Source: an uncultured Candidatus Poseidoniales archaeon
GTDB taxonomy: Archaea; Thermoplasmatota; Poseidoniia; Poseidoniales; Thalassarchaeaceae
Direction of reading: 5' to 3'
DNA length: 64,000 nucleotides
Assembly (NCBI GenBank): GCA_964576865.1
Contig: CAZNVK010000009.1
Location: 2,001-66,000, forward strand
This document shows, piece after piece, positions 49,740 to 59,668 of this stretch. The notes below the pieces were generated by a model. It worked only from the letters and a program-made list of their open reading frames with translations, searched no databases and was not told the origin of the DNA. Both the position numbers and the translations under genes were made by a program. Every line of letters begins with the position of its first letter. The stretch's first letter is position 1.

Positions 49740-51515
49740 ATGGCCGGCGCATCCCACCCTCTGATGCGCCTACTAACGCATCTCAGCGATTATCGAGGCC
49801 AGGTCTGGCTGGCCTCGTTCTGCTCGGTGATGAACAAATTCTGGGACCTCGCACCACCCATCCTGATAGGCATGGCAATCGATGTCGTCGCCTATCAGGA
49901 GGACTCAATGTTAGCGAGCCTTGGCTACCCGGACCCGTATAACCAGTTCCTCATTTTGGTGGGTTTGACGGTAGTCATCTGGATTCTCGAATCCCTCTTC
50001 GAATATTGGTTCGGCGTGCTCTGGCGCAACCTCGCCCAAAGCGCCCAACACGAGCTCCGCATGGATGCCTACTCCCACATCCAAAACCTCGAGATGCAAT
50101 GGTTCTCCGGGCAAACGACTGGTGGTCTGATGGCCATCATGAATGATGATGTGAACCAACTTGAACGGTTTTTGGATCAGGGCGCGAATGACCTGTTGCA
50201 GGTCGCGACGACGGTAATCGTCGTCGGGGCGGTGATGTTCCTAATCGCGCCCGAGGTGGCGATTCTCGCTGTGCTGCCGATTCCGGTAATCGTCGCTGGT
50301 TCTTTCATGTTTCAGCGCAGGATCGGGGTGCGCTACGCGCGGGTGCGCAAGGAGGTCGGAGACCTCAATGCGCTGCTGAATAACAATCTCAGCGGTATCA
50401 CGACGATTAAGTCGTTCACCGCTGAGGATTTGGAGGTCGAGCGCGTGGGCGTGGCCTCGCGCTCGTATCGAGATGCTAATCGCGAGGCGATTCGTCTCTC
50501 GGCTTCATTTGTCCCCCTCATTCGCATGGCGATTCTCTTCGCCTTCACAGCCAATATGCTGGTTGGAGGCTGGCTGGCGCTCGAGGGGGCATTGTCGGTC
50601 GGGGCCTATTCGGTCATCGTTTTCATCACTCAGAGATTGCTATGGCCGCTGACACGCTTGGGGCAGACCTTCGATCTGTATCAGCGGGCGATGGCCTCGA
50701 CCGACAGGGTGCTCGACCTGCTCGACACTCCGGTCGGCATGGTCGAGGGTGATATCGAATTGAATGGAACCAAGGGATCAATTCGATTCGATTCAGTAGA
50801 ATTTTCTTATCCTGAGCGAGAATCCGTCCTCGCGGGAGTCTCGCTCGATATCGAAGCCGGCGAGACAGTCGGATTGGTCGGCTCGACCGGCTCGGGAAAG
50901 ACGACACTGGTCGGCCTGCTGCTCCGCTTCCACGACCCTCTAGCCGGCTCGGTCACGCTCGACGGCCACGAGGTCACCGACCTGCGATTGGCCTCATTGC
51001 GCGGTTCAATCGCCCTTGTCTCGCAGAATACGACGCTATTTCCTGGCAGCGTGCGCGACAATATCCTCTATGGCAGGCCGAATGCAAGCGATGAAGAATT
51101 GCTCGAGGCGGCCCGAATCGCTGAGGCAACAGCCTTCATTGATGAGCTACCCGCTGGCTGGGACACAGACATCGGCGAGGACGGCCACAGACTCTCAGGT
51201 GGCCAACGCCAGCGCCTCGCCATCGCCCGCGCGGTCCTCAAGGATGCACCAATCCTCGTGCTCGACGAGGCCACCAGCAATGTCGACAATGAGACCGAAG
51301 CGGCCTTGCAACGCTCAATCGACAGAATTTCGGCCGACCGGACCACGATTATCATCGCACACCGGCTATCGACGGTTCGCAACGCAGACAAGATAGCCGT
51401 CCTCGAATCGGGACAAATCACCGAGCAAGGAACCCACGAAGAGCTAGTTGAGGCAGACGGACTCTACGCGCGGCTCTGGTCGGTGCAAACTGGCGTAGCG
51501 GCAACCACACACTAA
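49740..51515 (+). CDS. ABC exporter, fused permease/ATPase (MsbA/MdlB-type)
   Basis: 591 aa. A six-helix TMD is followed by Walker [24 protein letters not shown] and ILVLDEATS. Confidence 0.9.
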   Translation: MAGASHPLMRLLTHLSDYRGQVWLASFCSVMNKFWDLAPPILIGMAIDVVAYQEDSMLASLGYPDPYNQFLILVGLTVVIWILESLFEYWFGVLWRNLAQSAQHELRMDAYSHIQNLEMQWFSGQTTGGLMAIMNDDVNQLERFLDQGANDLLQVATTVIVVGAVMFLIAPEVAILAVLPIPVIVAGSFMFQRRIGVRYARVRKEVGDLNALLNNNLSGITTIKSFTAEDLEVERVGVASRSYRDANREAIRLSASFVPLIRMAILFAFTANMLVGGWLALEGALSVGAYSVIVFITQRLLWPLTRLGQTFDLYQRAMASTDRVLDLLDTPVGMVEGDIELNGTKGSIRFDSVEFSYPERESVLAGVSLDIEAGETVGLVGSTGSGKTTLVGLLLRFHDPLAGSVTLDGHEVTDLRLASLRGSIALVSQNTTLFPGSVRDNILYGRPNASDEELLEAARIAEATAFIDELPAGWDTDIGEDGHRLSGGQRQRLAIARAVLKDAPILVLDEATSNVDNETEAALQRSIDRISADRTTIIIAHRLSTVRNADKIAVLESGQITEQGTHEELVEADGLYARLWSVQTGVAATTH

Positions 51516-51552
51516 GGCACCCCGCAAACCCAGCCGCGCCGGCAAAGGATTG

Positions 51553-51924
51553 ATGGCAGGCCACACTCACGAGCAATCGATGGCGCGAGTCGACTCTCTC
51601 ATCTTCTTCCTTCTCGGATTCGCGCAATTGCTACTCGGCGGGCAGATAACTGGCGATCCATTGCTCGATGTACTGGGAATATTTCTGCAAGGCACAGGAG
51701 GGAGCAGTCTTGTTCTCGGAATTTACTTCCTTCTTTTTGTTGCTCGCCACCAGAAGGATTTCGAAGAATCCTATTCTAAAGTAGAGAAAACCACTTTGAT
51801 TCGCAACCAACAAACCGGTCAATTGGAGCTCAAGGATACGAGACCAATTGCCAATAAATTACTCTGGTATGCTGGCCCTGTCGGGCTTACATTATTGAGT
51901 GCCCTAGTATGGCTCGCCAGTTGA
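51553..51924 (+). CDS. Small hypothetical membrane protein
   Basis: Hydrophobic ORF. Possible starts are ATG 51553 or ATG 51580; the latter aligns with the start of the 52331 gene in the duplicated 5' region. Confidence 0.45.
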   Translation: MAGHTHEQSMARVDSLIFFLLGFAQLLLGGQITGDPLLDVLGIFLQGTGGSSLVLGIYFLLFVARHQKDFEESYSKVEKTTLIRNQQTGQLELKDTRPIANKLLWYAGPVGLTLLSALVWLAS

Positions 51925-51925
51925 G

Positions 51926-52180
51926 GTGAGTGCGCTGTCTGCCAAACAAGACCTTTCGGACAGGGTTGATGACATTATCAACAATCCAGCTTACGAAATG
52001 CTTGGTGGCTACCAGATTTTTCTGCGTCGAATGGCTATTCCAGCATTCCTGCTAATTTTCGCGCTCTTCATTTGGACTCTCACCGAACACAAACTCCTCA
52101 CCGCAGTCCTCACCGGACTTGCCGTGGGCCCTGCATTCAATCTCGATCGAGCACTCGCTGAATGGTTGCGACGGCGCTGA
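51926..52180 (+). CDS. Small hypothetical membrane protein
   Basis: 84 aa with a GTG start. Two hydrophobic helices. Directly follows the previous ORF. Confidence 0.4.
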   Translation: MSALSAKQDLSDRVDDIINNPAYEMLGGYQIFLRRMAIPAFLLIFALFIWTLTEHKLLTAVLTGLAVGPAFNLDRALAEWLRRR

Positions 52181-52182
52181 CC

Positions 52183-52207
52183 CACTCGCTGAATGGTAGC
52201 GACATCG
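52183..52207 (+). repeat. Duplicate of the last 25 nt of coding sequence of ORF 51926..52180
   Basis: CACTCGCTGAATGGTAGCGACATCG versus 52152-52176 CACTCGCTGAATGGTTGCGACGGCG: 22 of 25 nt match, with a 31-nt offset. Confidence 0.65.
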
Positions 52208-52330
52208 ATTAACAAAACACGGTCTTCGGCGTCGAGACCGACTTGGGTCGAAATTCTTCCGCAAATAAAACGAGCCGAGCCTCATTAGTCGGCGAAGGAC
52301 TGATAGCATCCCACCCGTGTGAGCAAATCG

Positions 52331-52930
52331 ATGGTCAGCCTCAGCGACTTCGACTTAATCTCCCTGCTATTCGGTGAAGCGGACTCAACTCTGGAGTTGA
52401 TTTTCTCAGCCTCTGCCCTCATCGGTGGCGTCCTCTTCCTGCTCTGGTTCGTCCTGATGCTAATGGGCGGAGTCGCAGAAGGTGTCTTCGAAGGCCTATT
52501 TGGTCTCGAAATGGACGTGATGAGTTCTGATGGCTCATTCGATGCGATGACTTTCCAAGGTGTCATGGCCTTCATGATGTTCTTTGGGCTCGCGGGGCTC
52601 TACACACTCAACTCAGACGGCAGCGACTCGCTCGCCATTCTCGCCGGCGGGGTCGCCGGCGGCGCCTCGATGTACGGCACTGGCAAAATTTTCCAGGTTT
52701 TCTTTGCCCTCGAGGCGAGCGGAAACGTCGAGATATCGGAAGCGGTAGGCGTGAGGGGCAGCGTTTACCTGCGCATTCCTGAGGGAGGTGTGGGTCAGGT
52801 GCAGATCGAACTTGGGGGCGGGCTCAAGACCTACAATGCAAAATCAGAGGATGATCAAGGGATTGCCACAGGCGAGTTCATCGAAGTCGTCGATACCATC
52901 ACTTCTACTCTAGTCGTAAAGCGAGTTTGA
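52331..52930 (+). CDS. NfeD/YqiJ-like membrane protein (short NfeD with a C-terminal OB-fold)
   Basis: Membrane N-terminal half. C-terminal GVRGSVYLRIPEGGVGQVQIELGGGLKTYNAKSE...GEFIEVVD. Lies immediately upstream of the flotillin gene. An alternative GTG start is at 52319. Confidence 0.65.
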   Translation: MVSLSDFDLISLLFGEADSTLELIFSASALIGGVLFLLWFVLMLMGGVAEGVFEGLFGLEMDVMSSDGSFDAMTFQGVMAFMMFFGLAGLYTLNSDGSDSLAILAGGVAGGASMYGTGKIFQVFFALEASGNVEISEAVGVRGSVYLRIPEGGVGQVQIELGGGLKTYNAKSEDDQGIATGEFIEVVDTITSTLVVKRV

Positions 52931-53015
52931 AGTCGGACTCAGGGACTAGAATCATCCCTGCGCCGGCACAGGTTTAATCAGTCAGCACGCGGTGTAGGGG
53001 TCGGAGTGATTCTTC

Positions 53016-54410
53016 ATGAGTGAACATGCTGGACCGATTCTGACGATAATGATGTTCGCAACCTTGCTATTCTTGGTTGCGATAGTGATATTCTTCGCTC
53101 AGCGATACAAGCGCTGTCCTCCGGACAAGGTCATGGTCGTTTACGGTCGCACCGACAAGGGCAAGGCCAGTCGAACGATACATGGAGGTGCAGCACTTGT
53201 TTGGCCGTTGATTCAGGATTACGCCTTCCTTTCATTGAATCCGATTACCATCAATATCGATCTTAGAAACGCTCTATCTCTACAGAATATTCGAATCAAC
53301 GTTCCTTCTACTTTCACCATCGGTGTCTCGACTGAGTCGCACATCATGGCTAATGCGGCCGAGCGTCTGCTCGGCCTGAAGCAGCCTGAGATCGAAGAAA
53401 TGGCAAAGGAGATTATCTTCGGTCAACTTCGTCTGACAGTTGCTTCACTCACAATTGAGCAGATTAACCAGGACCGTGACGCCTTCCTAGAATTGACTCG
53501 AACGAATGTCGACACGGAATTGCAAAAGATTGGTCTTTACTTGATCAACGTTAACCTAGTCGACATTACCGATGAGTCCGACTATATCGAGAGCATCGGT
53601 AAGAAGGCAGCTGCGACCGCGGTCGAGAACGCCCGCGTCGACGTCGCAAATGCTGAGCGAGACGGTGCGGTTGGTGCTGCTAAGGCAGACAGGGCGCGAG
53701 AGATCGAGGTTGCTGAGAACCTCGCTGAGGCCGAGAAGGGCCGAAAGACCGCTGAGGCTGACCAGCGTGTTTACGTCGGACAGCAAGAGGCTCTGGCGAT
53801 TTCTGGTGAGAACGCGGCAAAGGCCGAAGTTGCTCAATCCGATGCTGACTTGGCCGAAGCAGAGGCCGCTGCAAGGCAGCGAGCCGATGTTGCTACAGCT
53901 CAATCGCAAGCAGCGATTGAGCGCGCTCGCTATACCGAAGAGGAGGAGCGCCTACGTGCAAGCGACATTGTTCGCGAGCAGATTCAGAAGCAGCAGATCG
54001 AAATCGCCGCCGAGGCGGAAGCTGAGCGCCAACGCCGCGTCGCCCGTGGTGAGGCGGATGCGATTCTTGCTCGCTACGAGGCTGAGGCTGCTGGTGTCCA
54101 GAAGGTCTTACAAGCCAAGGCAGCAGGTTACGAAGGCTTGGTCAGCAGCGCTGGAGGAGACCCCAAGGCTGCTGCTACTCTCTTGATGGTCGAGAAGATC
54201 GACCAGATGGTCGCTGCTCAGGTCGAAGCGATCCGCAACCTAAAGATCGACAGCATCACCGTATGGGATTCCGGCGGCGATGGAGACGGCAGTTCGACTT
54301 CCAATTTTATCTCCAACCTCGTGAAGTCCCTGCCGCCTCTGCATGATATCGCCTCCAATGCTGGAGTTGATTTGCCGGATTACCTCGGCAGCATGCAAGA
54401 CGGCGAATGA
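53016..54410 (+). CDS. Flotillin (SPFH/band-7 domain, YqiK-like)
   Basis: 464 aa. An N-terminal TM helix and SPFH core are followed by a long Ala/Glu-rich coiled coil (AEAEAAARQRADVATAQSQ...). Confidence 0.85.
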   Translation: MSEHAGPILTIMMFATLLFLVAIVIFFAQRYKRCPPDKVMVVYGRTDKGKASRTIHGGAALVWPLIQDYAFLSLNPITINIDLRNALSLQNIRINVPSTFTIGVSTESHIMANAAERLLGLKQPEIEEMAKEIIFGQLRLTVASLTIEQINQDRDAFLELTRTNVDTELQKIGLYLINVNLVDITDESDYIESIGKKAAATAVENARVDVANAERDGAVGAAKADRAREIEVAENLAEAEKGRKTAEADQRVYVGQQEALAISGENAAKAEVAQSDADLAEAEAAARQRADVATAQSQAAIERARYTEEEERLRASDIVREQIQKQQIEIAAEAEAERQRRVARGEADAILARYEAEAAGVQKVLQAKAAGYEGLVSSAGGDPKAAATLLMVEKIDQMVAAQVEAIRNLKIDSITVWDSGGDGDGSSTSNFISNLVKSLPPLHDIASNAGVDLPDYLGSMQDGE

Positions 54411-54492
54411 TGAATCAGTGAATTTCACTGGTCGAGCCACTATCCCTTTGGGATAGTCAGACTCTTGAATGGCCATCGGCTCGCCCAGCTCG

Positions 54493-55725
54493 ATGACCGA
54501 AGACGTCGTGATTATCGGAGGAGCCCGAACACCATTCTGCGAATGGCTCGGAGGTAAGCGAGGCGATGGAGAAGCAGGCGGAAGGCTGGCTTCGGTCAGC
54601 GCCGAAGAACTCGGCACCATCGCCATCAAAGGCGCCTTGGCGAAGACAGGGACAAGCCCTGATTCCGTCGATCACGTGGTGATGGGCCACGCGCTCCAGA
54701 CAAGTGATCAAGCGATTTTCGGAGCGCGACATGCCGGCCTCAATGCCGGCATTCCACAAGAAGTCCCGATGCTGACCCTCAACCGTTTGTGCGGCTCAGG
54801 AGTCCAATCGATTATCTCTGCCGCTCAAATGATCAAACTCGGCGAGGCATCGACCGTCGTAGCCGGCGGAATGGAGAACCTCAGTCAAGCGCCGCACGTC
54901 CTGCGCGACATGCGCTCGACATTCAAGCTCGGACGCCCGCCCCAAGCCGGCTACGTACTCGATAAGGACATGGAGGACTACCTCTTCACCAACCTCATCG
55001 ACACGACATGCGATTCATTCATGGCTCAGACCAGCGATGAGATCTGCCGTAGAATCGGGGTCACTCGCGAGGAGGCAGACGCCTTCGCAGTCATCAGCCA
55101 CACCCGCACCGAGAATAGCGTCGACACGGGAGTCTGGGCAAACGAAATCGTCGATGTCGAGACTCCCGAAGGAATCGTCACCGCAGACCAAGAGGACCAC
55201 TTCGTCCGAGGGACCAGCGAGGAGTCACTCGCTGGACTCCGCACCCACTTCGGTCCAACCTCCCTCGTCACCGCAGGCAATGCCTCCGGAGTAGTCGATG
55301 GAGCAGCCGCAGTAGTCGTCAAGTCAGCCAGTCAAGCTGCTGCAGACGGCGATGCCCCACTCGCCCGAATCGTCGATTGGGGCATCGTCGGCCTCGAGCC
55401 GGCGATCATGGCCCACGGCCCGGTCCCAGCCAGCCGGCTCGCCCTCGAGCGCGCCGGCATGAGCGTCGAGGACATCGACCTGTGGGAGGTCAACGAGGCC
55501 TTCGCCGGCCAGACCGTAGCCTGCATGAAGGACTTAGGAATCAGCCCAGATATCGTCAATATCAATGGTGGAGCAGTAGGTCTCGGCCACCCGTTGGCAG
55601 CAACGGGTAGCCGTCTCGCGCTGACCCTTGCACACACACTCAAGCGCGAGGGCAAGCGATTCGGTATCGCCACCGCCTGCATCGGCGGCGGCCAAGGAAT
55701 AGCCCTAATCATCGAATCGCTCTAA
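54493..55725 (+). CDS. Acetyl-CoA acetyltransferase (thiolase II)
   Basis: MTEDVVIIGGARTPF. Active-site contexts NRLCGSG, NEAFA, GHPLAATG and CIGGGQG. The ORF is also open from ATG 54469. Confidence 0.9.
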   Translation: MTEDVVIIGGARTPFCEWLGGKRGDGEAGGRLASVSAEELGTIAIKGALAKTGTSPDSVDHVVMGHALQTSDQAIFGARHAGLNAGIPQEVPMLTLNRLCGSGVQSIISAAQMIKLGEASTVVAGGMENLSQAPHVLRDMRSTFKLGRPPQAGYVLDKDMEDYLFTNLIDTTCDSFMAQTSDEICRRIGVTREEADAFAVISHTRTENSVDTGVWANEIVDVETPEGIVTADQEDHFVRGTSEESLAGLRTHFGPTSLVTAGNASGVVDGAAAVVVKSASQAAADGDAPLARIVDWGIVGLEPAIMAHGPVPASRLALERAGMSVEDIDLWEVNEAFAGQTVACMKDLGISPDIVNINGGAVGLGHPLAATGSRLALTLAHTLKREGKRFGIATACIGGGQGIALIIESL

Positions 55726-55785
55726 CCGAATCCTCCTCTTTCGCAGCCAATTCTTCCTGGCTGGGCATTTCTTCGTCCGGCACAG

Positions 55786-56046
55786 GTGTTATCGCATATG
55801 CAGCCTCTCAGGAAAACGATGAGCCTGCAAGTTTCGAGAGAGAGAAGCCTTGTGAAAACGCTGACATGGAGGATAATCGCCTCAACAGACACATTCCTAA
55901 TCGGATTTTTCTTTACAGATAGTGCGACGATTGCCGCCTCGATTGCAGGTGTCGAAGTCGTCACCAAGATGGCTCTCTATTACCTCCACGAGCGGGGTTG
56001 GAATAACATTGGATGGGGCAAGAACGACGTGGTTCCAGCAGTTTGA
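55786..56046 (+). CDS. DUF2061-family small membrane protein
   Basis: Contains KTLTWRIIASTDTFLIGFFFTD...VVTKMALYYLHERGWN. Confidence 0.6.
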   Translation: MLSHMQPLRKTMSLQVSRERSLVKTLTWRIIASTDTFLIGFFFTDSATIAASIAGVEVVTKMALYYLHERGWNNIGWGKNDVVPAV

Positions 56047-56070
56047 ATATGGTCTTCTCAGCCTCGGTCC

Positions 56071-56892
56071 TCACAGACCAATTGTCTCTGTGACATCCAT
56101 CAGATAGCGAATGAGTGATACTGCCACGGCTACTAGGTAAGGGTAGGTCAGAACACGTTGAGGAAGCATCCGAATCGCCACCTTGGCTCCTGCCCAAGAG
56201 GTTGCTAGAACCACGAAAGGAATCGCGAGTACAGCCATCTCCATCGATAGTAGGTCGCTGAGGAGAGATGGCTCGAAGAGCAGGTGAGCACCGATGGCCA
56301 CTGGCACGACTCGCATCACGATAAGGTAGGATGTGCCTGCAGCTCGGTGTGGCTCAAGCCCGAGAATCGTTCGATTCAACATGGTGAAGATTACCCCTCC
56401 TCCAACACCTATCAGACCGGCAGCGGTGCCACCACCCAGGCAACCGACTTTGTAAGTATAGAGCAGCGCGCCCTCGACCTTGGGATTGGTATCCTCGTCG
56501 TGAACGTCGGTGTGTTGCTCTTCCATGAGTTTCTTGAGTCCGCGATAAATCACCCACGCGAGAAGAATCGTTGCGAGAAACTTGACCGCATCCTCACCTA
56601 ATTCAGCGAACATCAGGTCGGCTGCAAGAGCACCGAGGACAGCTCCCCCGATAGCCACCAAACGCCCTTTGCGTCCGACTTCTGCAACCGTGTAACCGCC
56701 CTCGTCGTGCGCACGTCTACTGCCGATGCTGACGAACCAGACGAGGATTAGCGAGGCGACAATCGAGAGGTGGAGGTCCCAGCCGAGGATGAAGTGAAGT
56801 GTCGGAACGAAAAGTACACCACCGCCGAGTCCGAGAGGAGCGAACATGAAGGCGGTGATGAGGATAACAGCCAGCGCGTAGAATTCCTCCAT
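56071..56892 (-). CDS. TauE/SafE (TSUP, DUF81) family anion exporter, candidate sulfite exporter
   Basis: 273 aa with 7-8 TM helices. Contains FAPLGLGGGVLFVPTLHF and the internal repeat GLIGVGGGVIF. Its start abuts the stop of the Mo-enzyme gene. Confidence 0.75.
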   Translation of the reverse strand: MEEFYALAVILITAFMFAPLGLGGGVLFVPTLHFILGWDLHLSIVASLILVWFVSIGSRRAHDEGGYTVAEVGRKGRLVAIGGAVLGALAADLMFAELGEDAVKFLATILLAWVIYRGLKKLMEEQHTDVHDEDTNPKVEGALLYTYKVGCLGGGTAAGLIGVGGGVIFTMLNRTILGLEPHRAAGTSYLIVMRVVPVAIGAHLLFEPSLLSDLLSMEMAVLAIPFVVLATSWAGAKVAIRMLPQRVLTYPYLVAVAVSLIRYLMDVTETIGL

Positions 56893-59667
56893 TCACTCAT
56901 CTCCGTTGGTTTCTGCATCCGCGCTCGGCGCGAATCCGGGCATGTAGAAGTGTTCCTTGCGCGGGGCGAGCGGGCGCTTCATCCAGAGGGGTCTGCGCTC
57001 ACCTCGCGGATGAGTTTCACGCTCCTTGGCCCATTCATTCCAGCGTTTGTAGTAGGCGAATGACTTTTCGCGGTCGACTTCGATATCGCCGTATTCCTCG
57101 CCCGGTTCCGGGCGAGACAGCCTGACCTTTTGCAGCCAGCAGTGGGCGCCAGATATTGGGTCAGGCTGAACCGCGTGGGTGATATTCTGGTGAACTCCAC
57201 CATCGCGCCACCAGATGCGATTTGTGTCCGGATCGTCCGATTTCCACGGCTCGACCCCGCTGATGGTTCGCATCCTCATTTTCCCGTCACCCATGTCCTC
57301 GATGGCGACTTCATTGGTCATGAAGCGATTACCGCGGTCCTGACTGCGTCGCCATCGCCCGATGTGATGAGAACAGCCGACAACACCGGGTTTGATGCCC
57401 TCAGTCACCCAAACCTTGTCGACGAACCAACCGATTTCAGTCTCGATTTTCAGCAAGTCACCCTCGGCCACGCCCAATTTGCGAGCGTCCTTCGGGTGAA
57501 TCCAAATCGGGTTCCTGTGGGCGATTTCAACCAGCCATTTTGCATTGGCCGAGCGAGAATGGATGTGTTGAGGCAGGCGGAAATTGGGTAGCAGGCAATA
57601 CTCGTCCTCGCCAGCCAAATTATCTGGATGAACGTGCGATTTCTGGCGGTAGTGAGGAATCGAATGCTCGGGATAACCGAACTCAATCATCGTCTCCGAG
57701 TAGAATTCTTGCTTTCCGCTCGGAGTCGGCCAACCCTCCTCCTTGTGCTTCTCATAAGTCGCCTCCTCGATGAGGAAAGCCCCGTGACGACGCATGTAGC
57801 CGAGCGCGTCGGTCCCCTCGGCATCAGCCGCTTCTGGAAGTCCTGGAACGCGCTCGAAGAGATACTGATAGTACTCGTCAATGGTGATTTTCTCACCCTT
57901 GCGATAAGGACTCATGAAGTGCTCACGGATGCCCATTGTGCCGTCGTCGATGCGCCAAGACAACTCGATCCAGAATTCATCTTCTTCCCAAACTTCGCCG
58001 GGGTTGATCTCGTGCGTGAACTCAACTTCGCGCCCTTCTCTCCTTGCGTATTCTCGCAAAACGGGTTGCCGGAACGCCACCCACTTGCCCGATGATGTAG
58101 CGTATGAGTTGACGTCGTGCCGCTCACTTGAATGTCCCATCGGCAGGACGTAGTCGGCGAAGAATGCGGTCTCGTTCCAAGTTGGGGTGAGCGCGATGTG
58201 GCAGCCGACCGCCTCTTCGTTTTCGAGCATCTCCATCCATGAGAATCCGTCGGGGTATGTCCAAACTGGATTGAAGACACGGGTGAAGTAGACGTCCATC
58301 GAGCCGCGCCCGTCCTTGACGAGGTGCGGCAAAATGTGGCTCATCTCGAAGTGGGAAAGGGTGTATTCGGGCGGGAAATGAAGTTCGTTCCAGCCGTCGG
58401 GGTCCGGTGGAACATCGAAGAGAGACGGTTTGAATTTCGACCATGAATTCGGGCTCGTGCCGCCCACCGTTCCAACCGAGCCGGTCAGCACGTTCAGGAA
58501 GTGGAGAGTTCGGCTGACCTGCCAGCCTCCGAGGTTACCAATTGCTGCACTGCGCCACACATGCGTACACAATTGACTACCGGCGCTGGCAACGACTTCG
58601 CCCGCCTCGATCACCTGTTCGACAGGTATTCTGCATTCGGCGGCGGCGAATTCGGGAGTGTATTCAGCGTATTCCTCGACGAGCAATTCGATGAATCGCC
58701 CAAACTCGCACGGCTCGTCAGAGTGAACCGCGTCCATCCACATCTCCCAATTGACCTGAGTCTCCATGAATTCGCGGTCAAACAACCCGCGCTCGAGAAT
58801 CATCTTCGCCCAAGCGAGGAAGAGCGCGGGCTCGCTGCCCGGCCATGTCGGAAGCCAATGGTCAGCCATGGCCGCCGTATTCGAAAGTCGAGGGTCGATG
58901 ACAATCAGCTTCGCACCATCCATCATCCCCTCGAGAATACGTTGTGCGTGCGGATTGAAATAATGCCCAGTTTCGAGGTGCGAGGAGGTCAGTAGGATGA
59001 CCTTGGCATTGGTGTGGTCGGGGCTTGGTCGGTCGTGTTTGTGCCACAGAGCGTAGCCGGTTCGCGCTCCAGCTGAGCAGATATTCGTGTGCGAATTATG
59101 CCCGTCGACCCCCCACGCCTTGAGGACTCGATTCGCGTACCCTTCGTGACCGGGCCGCCCAACATGGTAGACGACTTTGTCGACGCCGCCGCGCTTGAGT
59201 GAGGCTCGAATTTTGGCGGCGATTTCGTCGAGCGCTTGGTCCCAGGAAATCTGTTCCCAGCCGCCTTCTCCACGCTTTTCTGTGCGGCGAAGTGGATGCA
59301 TTATGCGCTCGGTATCCTGAATTTGATTGATCGTCGCGGGACCTTTTGCGCAATTTCGCCCGCGCGAGCCGGGGTGGTGTGGATTGCCTTCGAATTTCGA
59401 CACCTCCCCCGAGTCCTTGTCGACGTATGCTAGCAGACCGCAGGCCGATTCGCAATTGAAGCAGGTTGTCGGGACTAACGAGTAATTCTTCTCGACGCGA
59501 ACCGGCCAAGCATTTGCATCGAATTCGGTGTGGTTGTGCCACTCGTCTGGGTCGGGGAATTTGCGGAGCGGCTGCAGGTTGCCTCCCGCGTGCTCGCGGT
59601 CGAGGTTGGGGATGATGCGCAGTTTTTGCGCGAAATCCTCGATGAACGTCCTACCCATCTGAATCAC
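56893..59667 (-). CDS. Molybdopterin oxidoreductase catalytic subunit (DMSO-reductase family; Psr/Phs/Ttr/Soe-type), no signal peptide
   Basis: 924 aa. The N-terminal FS0 motif is CFNCESACGLL...GRNCAKG. A candidate Mo-ligand context is NSHTNICSAG. There is no RR motif or hydrophobic h-region at the N-terminus. Confidence 0.8.
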   Translation of the reverse strand: MIQMGRTFIEDFAQKLRIIPNLDREHAGGNLQPLRKFPDPDEWHNHTEFDANAWPVRVEKNYSLVPTTCFNCESACGLLAYVDKDSGEVSKFEGNPHHPGSRGRNCAKGPATINQIQDTERIMHPLRRTEKRGEGGWEQISWDQALDEIAAKIRASLKRGGVDKVVYHVGRPGHEGYANRVLKAWGVDGHNSHTNICSAGARTGYALWHKHDRPSPDHTNAKVILLTSSHLETGHYFNPHAQRILEGMMDGAKLIVIDPRLSNTAAMADHWLPTWPGSEPALFLAWAKMILERGLFDREFMETQVNWEMWMDAVHSDEPCEFGRFIELLVEEYAEYTPEFAAAECRIPVEQVIEAGEVVASAGSQLCTHVWRSAAIGNLGGWQVSRTLHFLNVLTGSVGTVGGTSPNSWSKFKPSLFDVPPDPDGWNELHFPPEYTLSHFEMSHILPHLVKDGRGSMDVYFTRVFNPVWTYPDGFSWMEMLENEEAVGCHIALTPTWNETAFFADYVLPMGHSSERHDVNSYATSSGKWVAFRQPVLREYARREGREVEFTHEINPGEVWEEDEFWIELSWRIDDGTMGIREHFMSPYRKGEKITIDEYYQYLFERVPGLPEAADAEGTDALGYMRRHGAFLIEEATYEKHKEEGWPTPSGKQEFYSETMIEFGYPEHSIPHYRQKSHVHPDNLAGEDEYCLLPNFRLPQHIHSRSANAKWLVEIAHRNPIWIHPKDARKLGVAEGDLLKIETEIGWFVDKVWVTEGIKPGVVGCSHHIGRWRRSQDRGNRFMTNEVAIEDMGDGKMRMRTISGVEPWKSDDPDTNRIWWRDGGVHQNITHAVQPDPISGAHCWLQKVRLSRPEPGEEYGDIEVDREKSFAYYKRWNEWAKERETHPRGERRPLWMKRPLAPRKEHFYMPGFAPSADAETNGDE

Positions 59668-59668
59668 C

